Below, one piece after another: positions 48,177 to 57,837 of a stretch of 64,000 nucleotides of DNA (positions within the stretch are counted from its first letter, which is position 1; every line of letters begins with the position of its first letter). The notes below the pieces were generated by a model. It saw only the letters and a list, made by a program, of their open reading frames with translations. It was not told where the DNA came from and did no database searches. The position numbers and the translations under genes were made by a program. The stretch lies in NCBI RefSeq assembly GCF_938023125.1, contig NZ_CALHDW010000017.1:218289-282288 (forward strand), written 5' to 3'. This stretch comes from an uncultured Porphyromonas sp. (lineage in GTDB: Bacteria > Bacteroidota > Bacteroidia > Bacteroidales > Porphyromonadaceae).

Positions 48177-48184
48177 CAAAGGTA
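48177..48184 (-). promoter_or_regulatory. candidate -7 box TACCTTTG (minus strand) upstream of tRNA-Glu
   Basis: Plus-strand caaaggta lies about 70 nt upstream of the tRNA 5' end. Confidence 0.3.
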
Positions 48185-48452
48185 CAAATAATTTTTGATT
48201 CTGCAATAGTCTCGGCTATTTTTCCAAAGATGCAGCTTCCGGTACCAAGTGCAACGGCATGGCGAAAGTAGTGCTAGAACTTCATTCGGTTGTACTTCCC
48301 AGTTGTAAGTACGACGCTTAGATAAACAAAAACCACCATGGGGCTGGGCGTACGACCTCCTTTATCTCCCTCTCTCTTGCCTCTACAATAGAAATACAGA
48401 GAAAATAAAAAGAGAGAAGCCCTTTTACTCTCATATGGGCTCTTGTATAAAC

Positions 48453-49151
48453 CTATTTGTTGCTCGGAGTTGGGAACTTCACATCAATGCTGTCGGTAAT
48501 GGATTTGTCTCCCTTATCCGTGGGGAGTACCATGGTGACTGTAAAGCGGACGGTCTCACCATTCCATGCTTCGGGGACTCTCTCTATCAGGAGATGCCAA
48601 AAGGGAGATGAGGCCAATAATCGTTTGAGATTTGCTTCGTTTTTCAGATCGATGATTGCCACATTGGAGCCTAGTTGATAGCCGCTCCGGATGTGGCTTA
48701 GCTGGTCGATGAATGATATGGCAGTAATTTCATTCAGTAGCATCCCGGCTTTGAGCGTTTCGTTATAGTCGTGGTCGCACGTGACAGCAATACTTTTAGG
48801 GGACGTTATCACACCTGTTCTGTGATCTCCAAGACGCCCCTCTCTACTTCTGCTCGGGTAATGAGTATCCCCGATAAGAGAGAGAAAGTTTTTGATTTTG
48901 GGATCTCTTCCGTCATAGCCATAGTGTGAGACTTTTTTTTGATTCTTATTGAACACCTTAAGCCTACAAACGACGGAATAGTCGTAAAGGCGATCGTAGA
49001 GATATCTTTCCGACAGCTGAAAGGTATCCGGCTCCACAAAGCCCGTAAGATAGTGAGGGTAATACTTGGGTTTTTCGAAACAGCCCGAAATCCCGATAAG
49101 GAAGAGGAGTAATACGCTCCCCAATGCCAATGCTTTCTTATATCTATTCAT
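48453..49151 (-). CDS. uncharacterised lipoprotein encoded immediately downstream of the C10 peptidase (paralog of 20932..21642)
   Basis: Lipobox LIGISGC. Shares the KY..HY..FV..DT and VTCDHDYNETLKAG...SFIDQLSHIRSGY...KFPTP blocks with the 20932 gene. It lies 12 nt after the peptidase stop. Confidence 0.6.
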   Translation of the reverse strand: MNRYKKALALGSVLLLFLIGISGCFEKPKYYPHYLTGFVEPDTFQLSERYLYDRLYDYSVVCRLKVFNKNQKKVSHYGYDGRDPKIKNFLSLIGDTHYPSRSREGRLGDHRTGVITSPKSIAVTCDHDYNETLKAGMLLNEITAISFIDQLSHIRSGYQLGSNVAIIDLKNEANLKRLLASSPFWHLLIERVPEAWNGETVRFTVTMVLPTDKGDKSITDSIDVKFPTPSNK

Positions 49152-49163
49152 ATTCTTCCCACT

Positions 49164-50519
49164 CTATTTTACAGTCCAAGACTCTGCCAAATCCTTAGGA
49201 TAGGTTAGAAACAGTTTGCCATGGCGAGCATAATTCTCTTCACTGTCCGGCAGATCGGTTCTTAGTTCTGTAGTTGGAGAAACGATACCATAGCGGTAAA
49301 ATGGTCTCAGTAAATGGCTGCGAAAGTATCCATTGTTATAACCATTCCATCCCCAATTGCAATGGTAGAAACGAGAGATTACATTCTTCTTGATAACCTT
49401 GTCTTTTACCCAAGGGCCTCCCTCGTAATCTTGCCGTACAGAAATGAGATCACCCCGATTCTCCATATATCCATCAAAAACCCAGTAGTGCCAAGAATTG
49501 AATGTGTTATCCCCTTCTCCATAAGCTAGTACAGGTCGCTTATATTTTTGGAGATAAGCCAAAAGGGTCTTTTCATCGTAATCAACTACATCCGGATTGA
49601 AATTATGTTTTTTCAAAAAACGTTCTACTCTCCAGTTTTCTACTGCAGTGCCAGAGCTGCCTGACCAAATATGCCCAGTTTCGTAATAGATGTACATGCA
49701 CATGAGAGCTATCTGGTCTGATAAAATAGAATTTTTCTCTAGCAGATCTTTCCATCCATCTCCCTCGTCAGGTTTATATACACGTCTATTCAAGTCCCAC
49801 AATTCTTCCCAATCCATTTTTGTGGTCTTGTTGTTGCATACTATTGCTTTGGGAAGTTTATAGAATGAAAAGAAGGCGGCAAGAGCTGTATTGGCGCAGC
49901 CCAACAAGTCGTGTTTGGTCTCTTTGTTCTTAGGTAGGTAGTTGAAAAATGGAGCATATTGTCCAAACTCTAGGGTTGAGGGTTTCATGGGCTTTTTGCT
50001 CTCAAAATTTTCTGTGTCTAAAGTGCATCTAGGGAACCCAAAATGTTCTCGAATCCATGGAAGGGGAGGCCTTGAGGGATCCCCATGATTGCTTTCTTCT
50101 AGATCTTTGTGTATCTTCGGAGCTACTTCTTCTCCGAGTATTGCTGCCTGATTTAGGATATTCCGAAGCATCGGTTGATGGATAGTGTCCTGAGTGGAAA
50201 GAGATCCTCTCTCTGAGATGCCAAGCAGTATCACTTCACCCAATGAATCCACATTGTAGAGCATAAAGCCTCCACTAGCAAAATTAGTAATATAAGTTTC
50301 TCCATTACCTACTTTCTCATTGGAGGCGGCACGAAGTCCTCCCTGAGGTAGCTCATTGAAGATAGATTGGTACAAATTGGCAATTTGTTGCTCTACGAGG
50401 GTTGGTGAATTATGAGTTTGAGGAGAAAGATCTCTTTTAGGCTGGGAGTTGCAGCTAGTGAGTACAACAGCTCCTAATGCCGCAATACTCCAAGAGAGGA
50501 TAGTAATTTTTGCTTTCAT
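49164..50519 (-). CDS. C10 family (streptopain/SpeB-like) papain-fold cysteine peptidase lipoprotein
   Basis: Lipobox AVVLTSC. Catalytic Cys region LLGCANTALAAFF (compare SpeB GHCVATA), His region NSWHYWVFDGY (compare SpeB GGHAFVIDGADG), and HCNWGWNGYNNGYFRS (compare SpeB HVNWGWGGVSDGFFRL). Confidence 0.8.
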   Translation of the reverse strand: MKAKITILSWSIAALGAVVLTSCNSQPKRDLSPQTHNSPTLVEQQIANLYQSIFNELPQGGLRAASNEKVGNGETYITNFASGGFMLYNVDSLGEVILLGISERGSLSTQDTIHQPMLRNILNQAAILGEEVAPKIHKDLEESNHGDPSRPPLPWIREHFGFPRCTLDTENFESKKPMKPSTLEFGQYAPFFNYLPKNKETKHDLLGCANTALAAFFSFYKLPKAIVCNNKTTKMDWEELWDLNRRVYKPDEGDGWKDLLEKNSILSDQIALMCMYIYYETGHIWSGSSGTAVENWRVERFLKKHNFNPDVVDYDEKTLLAYLQKYKRPVLAYGEGDNTFNSWHYWVFDGYMENRGDLISVRQDYEGGPWVKDKVIKKNVISRFYHCNWGWNGYNNGYFRSHLLRPFYRYGIVSPTTELRTDLPDSEENYARHGKLFLTYPKDLAESWTVK

Positions 50520-50556
50520 CTTTCATTCTGTGTTGTTTTTATTTCATAATCTAGCA

Positions 50557-50564
50557 CAAAGGTA
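50557..50564 (-). promoter_or_regulatory. candidate -7 box TACCTTTG (minus strand) for the C10 peptidase operon
   Basis: Plus-strand caaaggta lies about 40 nt upstream of the ATG at 50519. Confidence 0.4.
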
Positions 50565-50865
50565 TGATAATTCTAAAATATAAATAAGTTTCCTTGCAGA
50601 TTCCCTCGCAACCTCCTCTACTCCACATAAGAAGAGGTGTAAAAACGGAGAGAAATCAGGGTGAAAAAATTTCCGCTCCTGCCCAGAATGTCTCTCCACT
50701 TTCACCTAAGAAATAAAAAAGTTTTGGGCAGAAAGGCGACTACATTCCAGCCTAAAAAGTTTGTGCCGACAGGCAAAAAAAAGACTCGCCCCACTCTTTT
50801 ACAAAAGCGAGGCAAGTCTCTTTGTTTTCTCTTCGGGCTCTATCGCCCCCAAAAAAGCAGAAGGG

Positions 50866-51798
50866 CTAGCGATGCCTCTTGCGAAGACGCCAAACCTTGA
50901 GGAAGTAGGCGATACGCACCGAGAGGGCAATAAGGAGCACCGAGAGGATGATAAGAAAAACCCCCACAATGCGCAGAGGCGTTAGCACCTCATCGAAGAC
51001 CAGGAATCCAATCACCACAGCGGTTAGCGGCTCCAAGGCTCCCAATATCGCACTCATGGTAGAGCCGATCTGCTTCACCCCCTCTACCAACGCAATGTTG
51101 GCAACTACTGTGGGGATAATCGCAAGAGCAATTGTCAACCCCCAAGCCTCAAGAGAGGGGATCTCTTGCAGACCGCCCCAAAACAGGGCAATCACCAGGA
51201 ATCCGGTACCACAAGCCAACAAGGCGTAAAAGCTAAGCTTGATATTGTTCATCGTACGCACCACACTCTTATTGACAATAACCATATAAGAAGCATAGGC
51301 CAACCCCGTAGGAGCCACGATGAGCATCCCTATCAAAAAGCGACTATCCACCATCTCCAACCCCAAGCCCGAGAGGCAAAGCACCCCTAAGAAAGCAAGG
51401 AGAATGGCAAGCACCATAACCCTCGTAGGCCTCTGTTTGTAGAAGATAAGCATGAGCAGGATAACGTAGACCGGATAGGTAAAATGGACCACAGTGGCTA
51501 CCCCACTGGGCATATAGTGATACCCCAATTGCAGTCCCATAGCCGAGGCAATATAGACGAGCCCCAAAGAGATCAGAACCCCAATCTCTCGCACAGTGAG
51601 CCTAAGATCTATCTTCTTGTAGAGCAAAAGAGGGAACATGGCAAGGGCTGCAAACAAAAAACGATAGGTAAGAATAGAGGGGGTGCGCAACCCGATAGCC
51701 ATCAAGGGTAGCGTAAAAAGAGGGATAAAACCGAAGGATACCGAAGAGGTACCGGCAATCAGCAATCCGCGTAATTTATGTTGGGGTGTAGGATCCAT
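50866..51798 (-). CDS. EamA/DMT family transporter
   Basis: 310 aa with 10 TM segments and duplicated EamA halves. Confidence 0.75.
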   Translation of the reverse strand: MDPTPQHKLRGLLIAGTSSVSFGFIPLFTLPLMAIGLRTPSILTYRFLFAALAMFPLLLYKKIDLRLTVREIGVLISLGLVYIASAMGLQLGYHYMPSGVATVVHFTYPVYVILLMLIFYKQRPTRVMVLAILLAFLGVLCLSGLGLEMVDSRFLIGMLIVAPTGLAYASYMVIVNKSVVRTMNNIKLSFYALLACGTGFLVIALFWGGLQEIPSLEAWGLTIALAIIPTVVANIALVEGVKQIGSTMSAILGALEPLTAVVIGFLVFDEVLTPLRIVGVFLIILSVLLIALSVRIAYFLKVWRLRKRHR

Positions 51799-51820
51799 AG
51801 TAAGGGATACGAGGATCTAA

Positions 51821-53029
51821 TTACTCGAGAGAGATAAAACAGGATACGGGTTTATGGTCGCTTATGGTCGCCGACTTATCCACCTTACAATTATAAGACT
51901 TAACCCGATGACTGTGTAAAATATGATCGATACGGAAGCCTAGACGCTTGAAGGTAAAGCTATAACCAACCCCACATCCCGTAGAGGCGTAGGCATCAAC
52001 AAGGTTAGAAGCAATCCGTTGGTGGGCATAGGAGATGGGCGTATCGTTGAAATCTCCACAGACAAGCACATAGGGCGTCTTCTCATGAATAATCTCTACA
52101 TGTATTCGATCGGCCTGCTTGGCACGCAGGACAAAGGCAGGGCCCAACTTTTGCTCCATCTGCTCTTTGAGTGCAACTGGCTCTACCTCCCGGGCTAGGC
52201 GCTCGTAGCGGGAACCATCTTCTTTGCTAAGGCGGAAAGACTCTAAGTGCAAATTGAAAACCGTAAGCTCCCGGCCTGCCACATCCAACGTATAGGCAAT
52301 CCCTCCATTAAACGTAGACTCAAGAGGCAACATACGGGTATTGCGCACCGGAAATTTGGAGAGAAGCATCAAACTTGTACCACGATCTCCCTGGGCATAG
52401 CGTGTTACCACATAGGGGTACTCGGGCAGATACTCCTCAATCTTTTTAGAAGAGACGTAGGGAGTGTCATCGCGCATCGTTGCCGCCTCCTGCAGGCAAA
52501 CAATATCCGCATGACTATCCTTGATGTATTGGAGTGTAGGGTTGGGATGCTCCTCCGTGTGCTTCTCATAAGCAAAGGCCTGGCAGTTGAGCGACAAAAC
52601 CTTAACGGCATGAGGGGGCACTACCGAAGGGGTGGCGTGCAAGGGAATATACGTGCGAATGCTCCACCACGAGAGGGCCAACAAGAGAAAATTAAAGAAG
52701 AAACCCCGCCATTGCCTCCGCACAAGACGAAACAAGAAGAAGATGATGACCAACGAAAGCAAGAAGGGGAAGGCTAAACCCAAATAGGCCGGGAAGAGGA
52801 AAAAGCGAGGCGAAAGATACTGCCCCAAGAGAGCCAACAAGTAGGGCAAGGCCACCAAAAAGAGGTTGATAAGCCAAGAAACCGAATGGAAAAGATTGTA
52901 GAAGAAATCACGATAGCGAGAGACACGAGACGAAGAGGCTTTTGGGGCGTTCTTACGAGGTCTCGAAAGCTGCTTGAGAGAGTGGCGAGCCGTCTGCTCT
53001 TGAGGTGTGATGTCGGATCGTTGCGTCAT
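51821..53029 (-). CDS. endonuclease/exonuclease/phosphatase (EEP) family membrane-anchored protein
   Basis: N-terminal TM helices followed by an EEP domain (DIVCLQEA, LVCGDFNDTP, and DHILHS with the catalytic His). Confidence 0.7.
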   Translation of the reverse strand: MTQRSDITPQEQTARHSLKQLSRPRKNAPKASSSRVSRYRDFFYNLFHSVSWLINLFLVALPYLLALLGQYLSPRFFLFPAYLGLAFPFLLSLVIIFFLFRLVRRQWRGFFFNFLLLALSWWSIRTYIPLHATPSVVPPHAVKVLSLNCQAFAYEKHTEEHPNPTLQYIKDSHADIVCLQEAATMRDDTPYVSSKKIEEYLPEYPYVVTRYAQGDRGTSLMLLSKFPVRNTRMLPLESTFNGGIAYTLDVAGRELTVFNLHLESFRLSKEDGSRYERLAREVEPVALKEQMEQKLGPAFVLRAKQADRIHVEIIHEKTPYVLVCGDFNDTPISYAHQRIASNLVDAYASTGCGVGYSFTFKRLGFRIDHILHSHRVKSYNCKVDKSATISDHKPVSCFISLE

Positions 53030-53105
53030 GTAGTCTTGTGCCTTACATCCTAGTAAAGCCCTCTTCCGGAGTTTGTCTGGAGGTAGTACAAAGCTAGCAA
53101 AATAA

Positions 53106-54074
53106 TTAGACTTTTGGGGCGTCTTGCCGAGAAGACCTATCGAAAAGTAGGCTTCGCTCCTCGTCGGAGAGGGCGCTATAGCCTGAGCGTTTTACCTTAT
53201 CTAGCACCTCCTCTAGGGTGGGGCCATCCGAAGCCTTAGGCGAAGAGTCGGCTGCCGAAGAGGGGGCAGAAGCAGTAGCTCTCCCCTCAAAAGAGGATGA
53301 AGAGGAAGAGGTATTGTCCCGGCGATACCGCCGAGAGGCAGCCGCCCGGGAGGTTGTTTTTCGCCCCTTTAGAAGCGATGCTATCCGATCACACAAGCGA
53401 GCTATCGGACGTGTTATATCTACTCCACTCCTTAGAGATCGTGCAAAAACCAACCCCCAAATGGCCCCGCCAATATGGGCAATAGAGCCGCCCACATTCC
53501 TATTCAGGTTGAACAGCAACGAGGTTATAACGAAAATAAGAGCCACAACGTATAGTGAGAGGGAGCCGATCCAGAGGAATCTGATTTTCTCTTTCGGACA
53601 GTAGCCTCCAATCGAAACAATCAAAGAAAGAATTGCGGCCGAGGAACCATAGAGGGGCAGATGGATATAAAAAATCCCCATCGCATCGAGAACGGAAAAA
53701 AGCAGCGGGTAAAGGAATCCCCCCAAGACGCCTCCCAAGACATAGACAATATAGAACTGTCGGGGTGTAAGGTAGGTCAAGAAAAGGCGCCCAAAGATGT
53801 ACAGAAGGAGCATATTTACCACAAGATGACCGAGGTCGTTGTGGTACCACATGTAGGTAAAAAGCGTCCAAGGTCTGGAGCCGAGGGTGTAGAGACTCCC
53901 CGGGAGTGCAAGCTGTACATCGATCCACGAAGAGGGGACGGACGAGAGCTGGAGCACCACTTTGAGAAGCCAAAGGAGCAGCGTCCAACCTACCGTTATG
54001 CTAATAAGACGAAGGACCGGCGAGGATTGCTGCCAAAATGCACGCAAAGAGGTGACATGCCCCGGGCGACTCAT
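53106..54074 (-). CDS. rhomboid family intramembrane serine protease (long form, Ser-rich C-terminal tail)
   Basis: Start at ATG (complement of 54072-54074), which overlaps the upstream rhomboid stop as ATGA. The catalytic Ser motif is GSSAAILS and the catalytic His is AHIGGAIWG. The C-terminal 90 aa is low-complexity (RRDNTSSSSSSFEGRATASAPSSAADSS). Confidence 0.7.
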   Translation of the reverse strand: MSRPGHVTSLRAFWQQSSPVLRLISITVGWTLLLWLLKVVLQLSSVPSSWIDVQLALPGSLYTLGSRPWTLFTYMWYHNDLGHLVVNMLLLYIFGRLFLTYLTPRQFYIVYVLGGVLGGFLYPLLFSVLDAMGIFYIHLPLYGSSAAILSLIVSIGGYCPKEKIRFLWIGSLSLYVVALIFVITSLLFNLNRNVGGSIAHIGGAIWGLVFARSLRSGVDITRPIARLCDRIASLLKGRKTTSRAAASRRYRRDNTSSSSSSFEGRATASAPSSAADSSPKASDGPTLEEVLDKVKRSGYSALSDEERSLLFDRSSRQDAPKV

Positions 54075-54769
54075 CGTACCACTCCTTTCTTTCTCCAAAT
54101 GAGCAAGAGCACGAGACCGCCTAGCATGCCGCCCAAGTGGGCATAATGCGCAACGCCATCGCCATAGCTGGAGATACCCAAGAAAAGCTCCACAAGGCCG
54201 TAACCAATCACCACATACTTTGCCTTGATGGGAATAGGAATAAAGAAAATATACATGGGAACATTTGGGAAAAGCATCCCAAAAGCAAGGAGCAAGCCAA
54301 AGACTGCTCCCGAGGCCCCAACGGTTACAAAGAGGTTTAGGAAACTCTGTAGGGGAAGCGTCTGTACGCCGTTAAGGTTAATCATCTCTGCCCCTGAGGA
54401 GGCTACCTCGTGCAACTCCGTAAACCAGAAGATCTCTTGAGAAAGCCCGGCCACAAGCGCACAAGTGACATAGAAGAATAGGTATCGCCACGCCCCCATC
54501 CGCTGCTCTACGGCTCCTCCAAACATGAAGAGCGAGAACATATTGAAGAAGATGTGAGAAAAACTACTCGTATCGTGCAAAAAGGCATAAGTAAAAAGCT
54601 GGAAGGGATAGAAGGAGCTCGCCGCATAGTACTTGAGCCCCAGCACCTGAGAGAGGTCAAACCCAAGGCGAAGAAAAACGATCTGCGCCAACCAAATCAG
54701 CAAATTGATCAGGATAAGATTGAGGGTAACCGGTGGGACTCTCTGCTTGAGGTATTCGTAAACGTTCAT
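54071..54769 (-). CDS. rhomboid family intramembrane serine protease (compact form)
   Basis: 232 aa and 6 TM. GASGAVFG (catalytic Ser) and HYAHLGGMLGG (catalytic His). Confidence 0.8.
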   Translation of the reverse strand: MNVYEYLKQRVPPVTLNLILINLLIWLAQIVFLRLGFDLSQVLGLKYYAASSFYPFQLFTYAFLHDTSSFSHIFFNMFSLFMFGGAVEQRMGAWRYLFFYVTCALVAGLSQEIFWFTELHEVASSGAEMINLNGVQTLPLQSFLNLFVTVGASGAVFGLLLAFGMLFPNVPMYIFFIPIPIKAKYVVIGYGLVELFLGISSYGDGVAHYAHLGGMLGGLVLLLIWRKKGVVR

Positions 54770-54796
54770 AGTGTAGCGGATAAAATAGACGGGAGA

Positions 54797-57700
54797 TCAG
54801 TACCAAGAGACACTGTTGCCCGTGGTGAGATTGGCTTGCTGATACTTGATATCTTTGAGAAGTTGTGACTTGACGCCAATAGTAACCGTATAGCTCTTGT
54901 AGGGGCCAATGGGGATGATGCTCGCCGAGAGCTGCCAACAATGGAGATCTCGTGCGATAGAAAGAGTCATATTGGTAATGCGTTTGAGGTCGAAGTTGTA
55001 GTTGGCATCGAACATAAACGACCAGTTCTTTGTGGGCTTAAAATCGCCACGGAAACTGAGGTTGTGGGTCAGTTTATAGCGATATTCCCGGCTCTCCGTA
55101 TCAAACTTTGCATAATCATACCCCAAGTTCATGCTATAGTTAAAGGAGAAGTTCCAAGGGAAATTCCACGACACATAGCCATCGGCATCATGCGCTCCCA
55201 GGATATCTTGAGACGATCGCTGGCGCGACACAACACCCGCCGCCCCATCAAGGCTCATAGGATCGCCCTGCGAGGGGATATCATCATCTTGCGGAGCAGA
55301 AGTATTGTCCGCCATCTGATCTTCTGTGACCTCACTCGCCTTTTTCTTAAAGGTTTTTCGGTACCAGTCGACCAATTTACCCCAGCTCTGGTTATTGAAC
55401 TGATAGCTGAAGCCGGTACCGGTGCCAATCAATCGGCCAAGGCCCTTTCCATTGAGCACACGAAGTTTATTCACCCGATAGGGTCTGGGGTTGCCGTTGG
55501 CATCGAGCTGATAATCGTAGAGGTACGTATCAAAATCCCCGCTCAGACGCAGCGAAAAACGAGACGAGAAACGGAAGGAAATAGAAGCGGAGATATTGCT
55601 CCAACGCATGGAGTCTGCCATCATGTTGTAGCTTGCTCTCCAATCGAGTTGGTCGATCAAACTAATCTTCTTGAAGGCCTCTTCGTTGTCCGTAGTATCG
55701 CTCTGAGGCGCACGGATCTTCATCTCCAAGTTGTTGGAGAAACTAAACGAAATGGCCCCGGACTTACCACGGCTAGGTGCCCCAAAGATACCATTGCGAT
55801 AGAGGCTATAAGGCTCTTCGTGCAACTGCCCATCGGGGGTTGTATACTGCACAGTGCGGTAGTAACCCCAAAATGGATCACCAAAATCGGGACTATACCC
55901 CAACGACACAGAGGGGGTAATGCGGTGGCGAATCATCTGCACTTTGTCTCCAAAGATCTTCCACGGCTTATAGAATCCGTATAGCGTAGTGGAGGCAGAG
56001 AGCGAGAGACTGAAGTCATTGACATGATAGAACCCATAGGTTGTATCGGCATCCACGAGGCGTTCTTTAGTGCTATCATAGCGCATCGTAGTACGGCTCG
56101 TGTACCACCTGGCATTGTAGTTTAGCGAGGGGGTGATGCGAATATAGTCGAATAGGGTGAAGGAGGCAGAGATAGGGATACTATGCTGCATCCCATTGCG
56201 CCAATCACGCACTAGGCTACTCTGTAAGATAAGATTCTCTTTGGTAGTGATGCTATTGCGGAAGGAACCCGAATAGCTCATCGAGATTTTCTCATACCAC
56301 AGCTCCTTCCCCACTCGCTTTTTCCTCTTAAATGGGTAAATAGTACTGAGCGAAATCGAAAGGTTAGGCAGCGACACCGACAGGGTGGAGTCTCGCGACC
56401 GCTGGTCGATATTGAGTGCGGCCGTTAGAGAGAGAGGGATGCTCGTAAAGCGGCGAGAATAGCTCACACTAGATCCTTTTGTATTCTCGGCCCTACGATC
56501 GGGGTCGTACATTGTCTCTAACGAATTGTGGTTGTAGCTACTCGTAGAGAAGTTGACACTCGCCGAGAAGGTGCGCAAGGGGTCTACCTTTGGATCCTGC
56601 GTATGCGACCAATTGAACGTAAAATCCTTGGTTTTGGAATAGTCGCCCGGGATCTGCTTATCCCCCCGAGACGTGGAGACATAGCCTGCAGTAACATGCC
56701 CCGAATACTTATAACGCCTCCGGTAGTTAGACTCAAGCGAGAGCCCCCAAGAGCCTTTGGTATAGAGATCGGCACGTGCCGTCAGATCCACATAGTCGTT
56801 GATAGCGTAGTACAATCCCAAGCCACGCAAGTAGAACCCTCGATCGGCTTCCTCTCCATAGGAGGGCATGATAAGCCCCGAGGTGCGCTGCTCATTGAAA
56901 GGGAAAAAGCCAAAAGGCAACCCAATAAGATAGAGAGGAACGCCCCCCATCACCATATAAGCAGGGCCCGCTACTATGTTTTTGTCGGGTACGACCTTGG
57001 CTCTGGTGAGTTGGAGATAGAAGTGAGGGTTGAGGTGATTGTCGCACGTAGTGTAACGCCCGCCTTGTATATACATGGTATTGTCGGGCATACGCTTTGC
57101 CTCATCACTCATCAAAAATCCCTCTCCCTGCTGGGTGAGGATACCCGTGATGTAGCCCTTCTCCGTGCGGAAGTTGTAGCGCATGGTCTCGCTCTCAAAC
57201 GTTTGCTTCCCATCCGTAAAGGTGGGATAAGCCGTAGGATGCCCCTCGTGGTCTAAAACATACTGCGCATACACCTCCGAGCTATCCGTATTGATATGCA
57301 TGAAGTTGGACTGTATGTTCATCGACTGATAGTCCACCTTGCCCTTACCAAAGAAGTAAACCCGGTTTTGCCCTAGCATCACAATGGAGTCTTCTGCAGC
57401 GAATTCGATCACACTCTCTAGTACGATGGGTTTTTCTTGCCCCTCGGGAGAGGAAAAAAGAGAATCCGGCTCGTCCGTTTCTGCAGCCAAACTATCTGGG
57501 CGGGTCGTAGTGGGGAGGGAATCGGCTAATGCCGTGGGGCGCCCGAGAGAATCCGGGGGAAATGAGTCTAATCCGAGTGCCGGAGCTTCGCTTTTCAGAC
57601 TTGCCAGATCCGACAAGGGAGGCTCAGAAGTGAGGGTTGTATCGGGTAGAGAAGCAGGCGTTTCTCTCAGAGTATCAGAGGGTAAGACAACCGGCGTAGT

Positions 57701-57805
57701 AAAAACGGAAGGACGACGCATCGTACACCCTCCCCCCAAGATTAGGAAGAAGAGTAGCAAAAAGGCAGTTATCCTATTACTCCACACAAAGTGCTCTGTA
57801 CTCAT
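54797..57805 (-). CDS. large outer-membrane beta-barrel protein, probable LptD/OstA-like LPS-assembly protein
   Basis: 1002 aa. Signal peptide, a Pro/Ser/Leu-rich linker, an OstA-like N-terminal jellyroll (VMLGQNRVYFFGKGKVDYQSMNIQS), and a long amphipathic beta-strand region with aromatic termini (ends SVSWY). The LptD call is made by architecture only. Confidence 0.5.
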   Translation of the reverse strand: MSTEHFVWSNRITAFLLLFFLILGGGCTMRRPSVFTTPVVLPSDTLRETPASLPDTTLTSEPPLSDLASLKSEAPALGLDSFPPDSLGRPTALADSLPTTTRPDSLAAETDEPDSLFSSPEGQEKPIVLESVIEFAAEDSIVMLGQNRVYFFGKGKVDYQSMNIQSNFMHINTDSSEVYAQYVLDHEGHPTAYPTFTDGKQTFESETMRYNFRTEKGYITGILTQQGEGFLMSDEAKRMPDNTMYIQGGRYTTCDNHLNPHFYLQLTRAKVVPDKNIVAGPAYMVMGGVPLYLIGLPFGFFPFNEQRTSGLIMPSYGEEADRGFYLRGLGLYYAINDYVDLTARADLYTKGSWGLSLESNYRRRYKYSGHVTAGYVSTSRGDKQIPGDYSKTKDFTFNWSHTQDPKVDPLRTFSASVNFSTSSYNHNSLETMYDPDRRAENTKGSSVSYSRRFTSIPLSLTAALNIDQRSRDSTLSVSLPNLSISLSTIYPFKRKKRVGKELWYEKISMSYSGSFRNSITTKENLILQSSLVRDWRNGMQHSIPISASFTLFDYIRITPSLNYNARWYTSRTTMRYDSTKERLVDADTTYGFYHVNDFSLSLSASTTLYGFYKPWKIFGDKVQMIRHRITPSVSLGYSPDFGDPFWGYYRTVQYTTPDGQLHEEPYSLYRNGIFGAPSRGKSGAISFSFSNNLEMKIRAPQSDTTDNEEAFKKISLIDQLDWRASYNMMADSMRWSNISASISFRFSSRFSLRLSGDFDTYLYDYQLDANGNPRPYRVNKLRVLNGKGLGRLIGTGTGFSYQFNNQSWGKLVDWYRKTFKKKASEVTEDQMADNTSAPQDDDIPSQGDPMSLDGAAGVVSRQRSSQDILGAHDADGYVSWNFPWNFSFNYSMNLGYDYAKFDTESREYRYKLTHNLSFRGDFKPTKNWSFMFDANYNFDLKRITNMTLSIARDLHCWQLSASIIPIGPYKSYTVTIGVKSQLLKDIKYQQANLTTGNSVSWY

Positions 57806-57837
57806 ACTGCGTTGGCATACACTGCTGTCTTAGCGTA

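Noticed and set aside
50661-50900. 79-aa ORF upstream of the C10 peptidase, and a short nucleotide similarity between 50666-50762 and 20681-20775 (shared ccagcctaaaaa and tcctgccc[g]agaa stretches)
   Set aside because: The ORF uses a GTG start and encodes a Lys/Arg-rich peptide. The shared 12-mer and the approximately 20/25-nt match are within what chance produces in 64 kb, and their orientation is opposite relative to the neighbouring paralogous genes. The similarity is not convincing as a repeat element.
54941-55984. Long antisense ORFs inside the LptD-like gene (347 aa and 242 aa) and inside uvrA, wzc, the SusC gene and the LRR genes
   Set aside because: These are shadow ORFs on the opposite strand of well-supported genes. 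They have no motifs and a biased composition (Ile/Arg/Val-rich).
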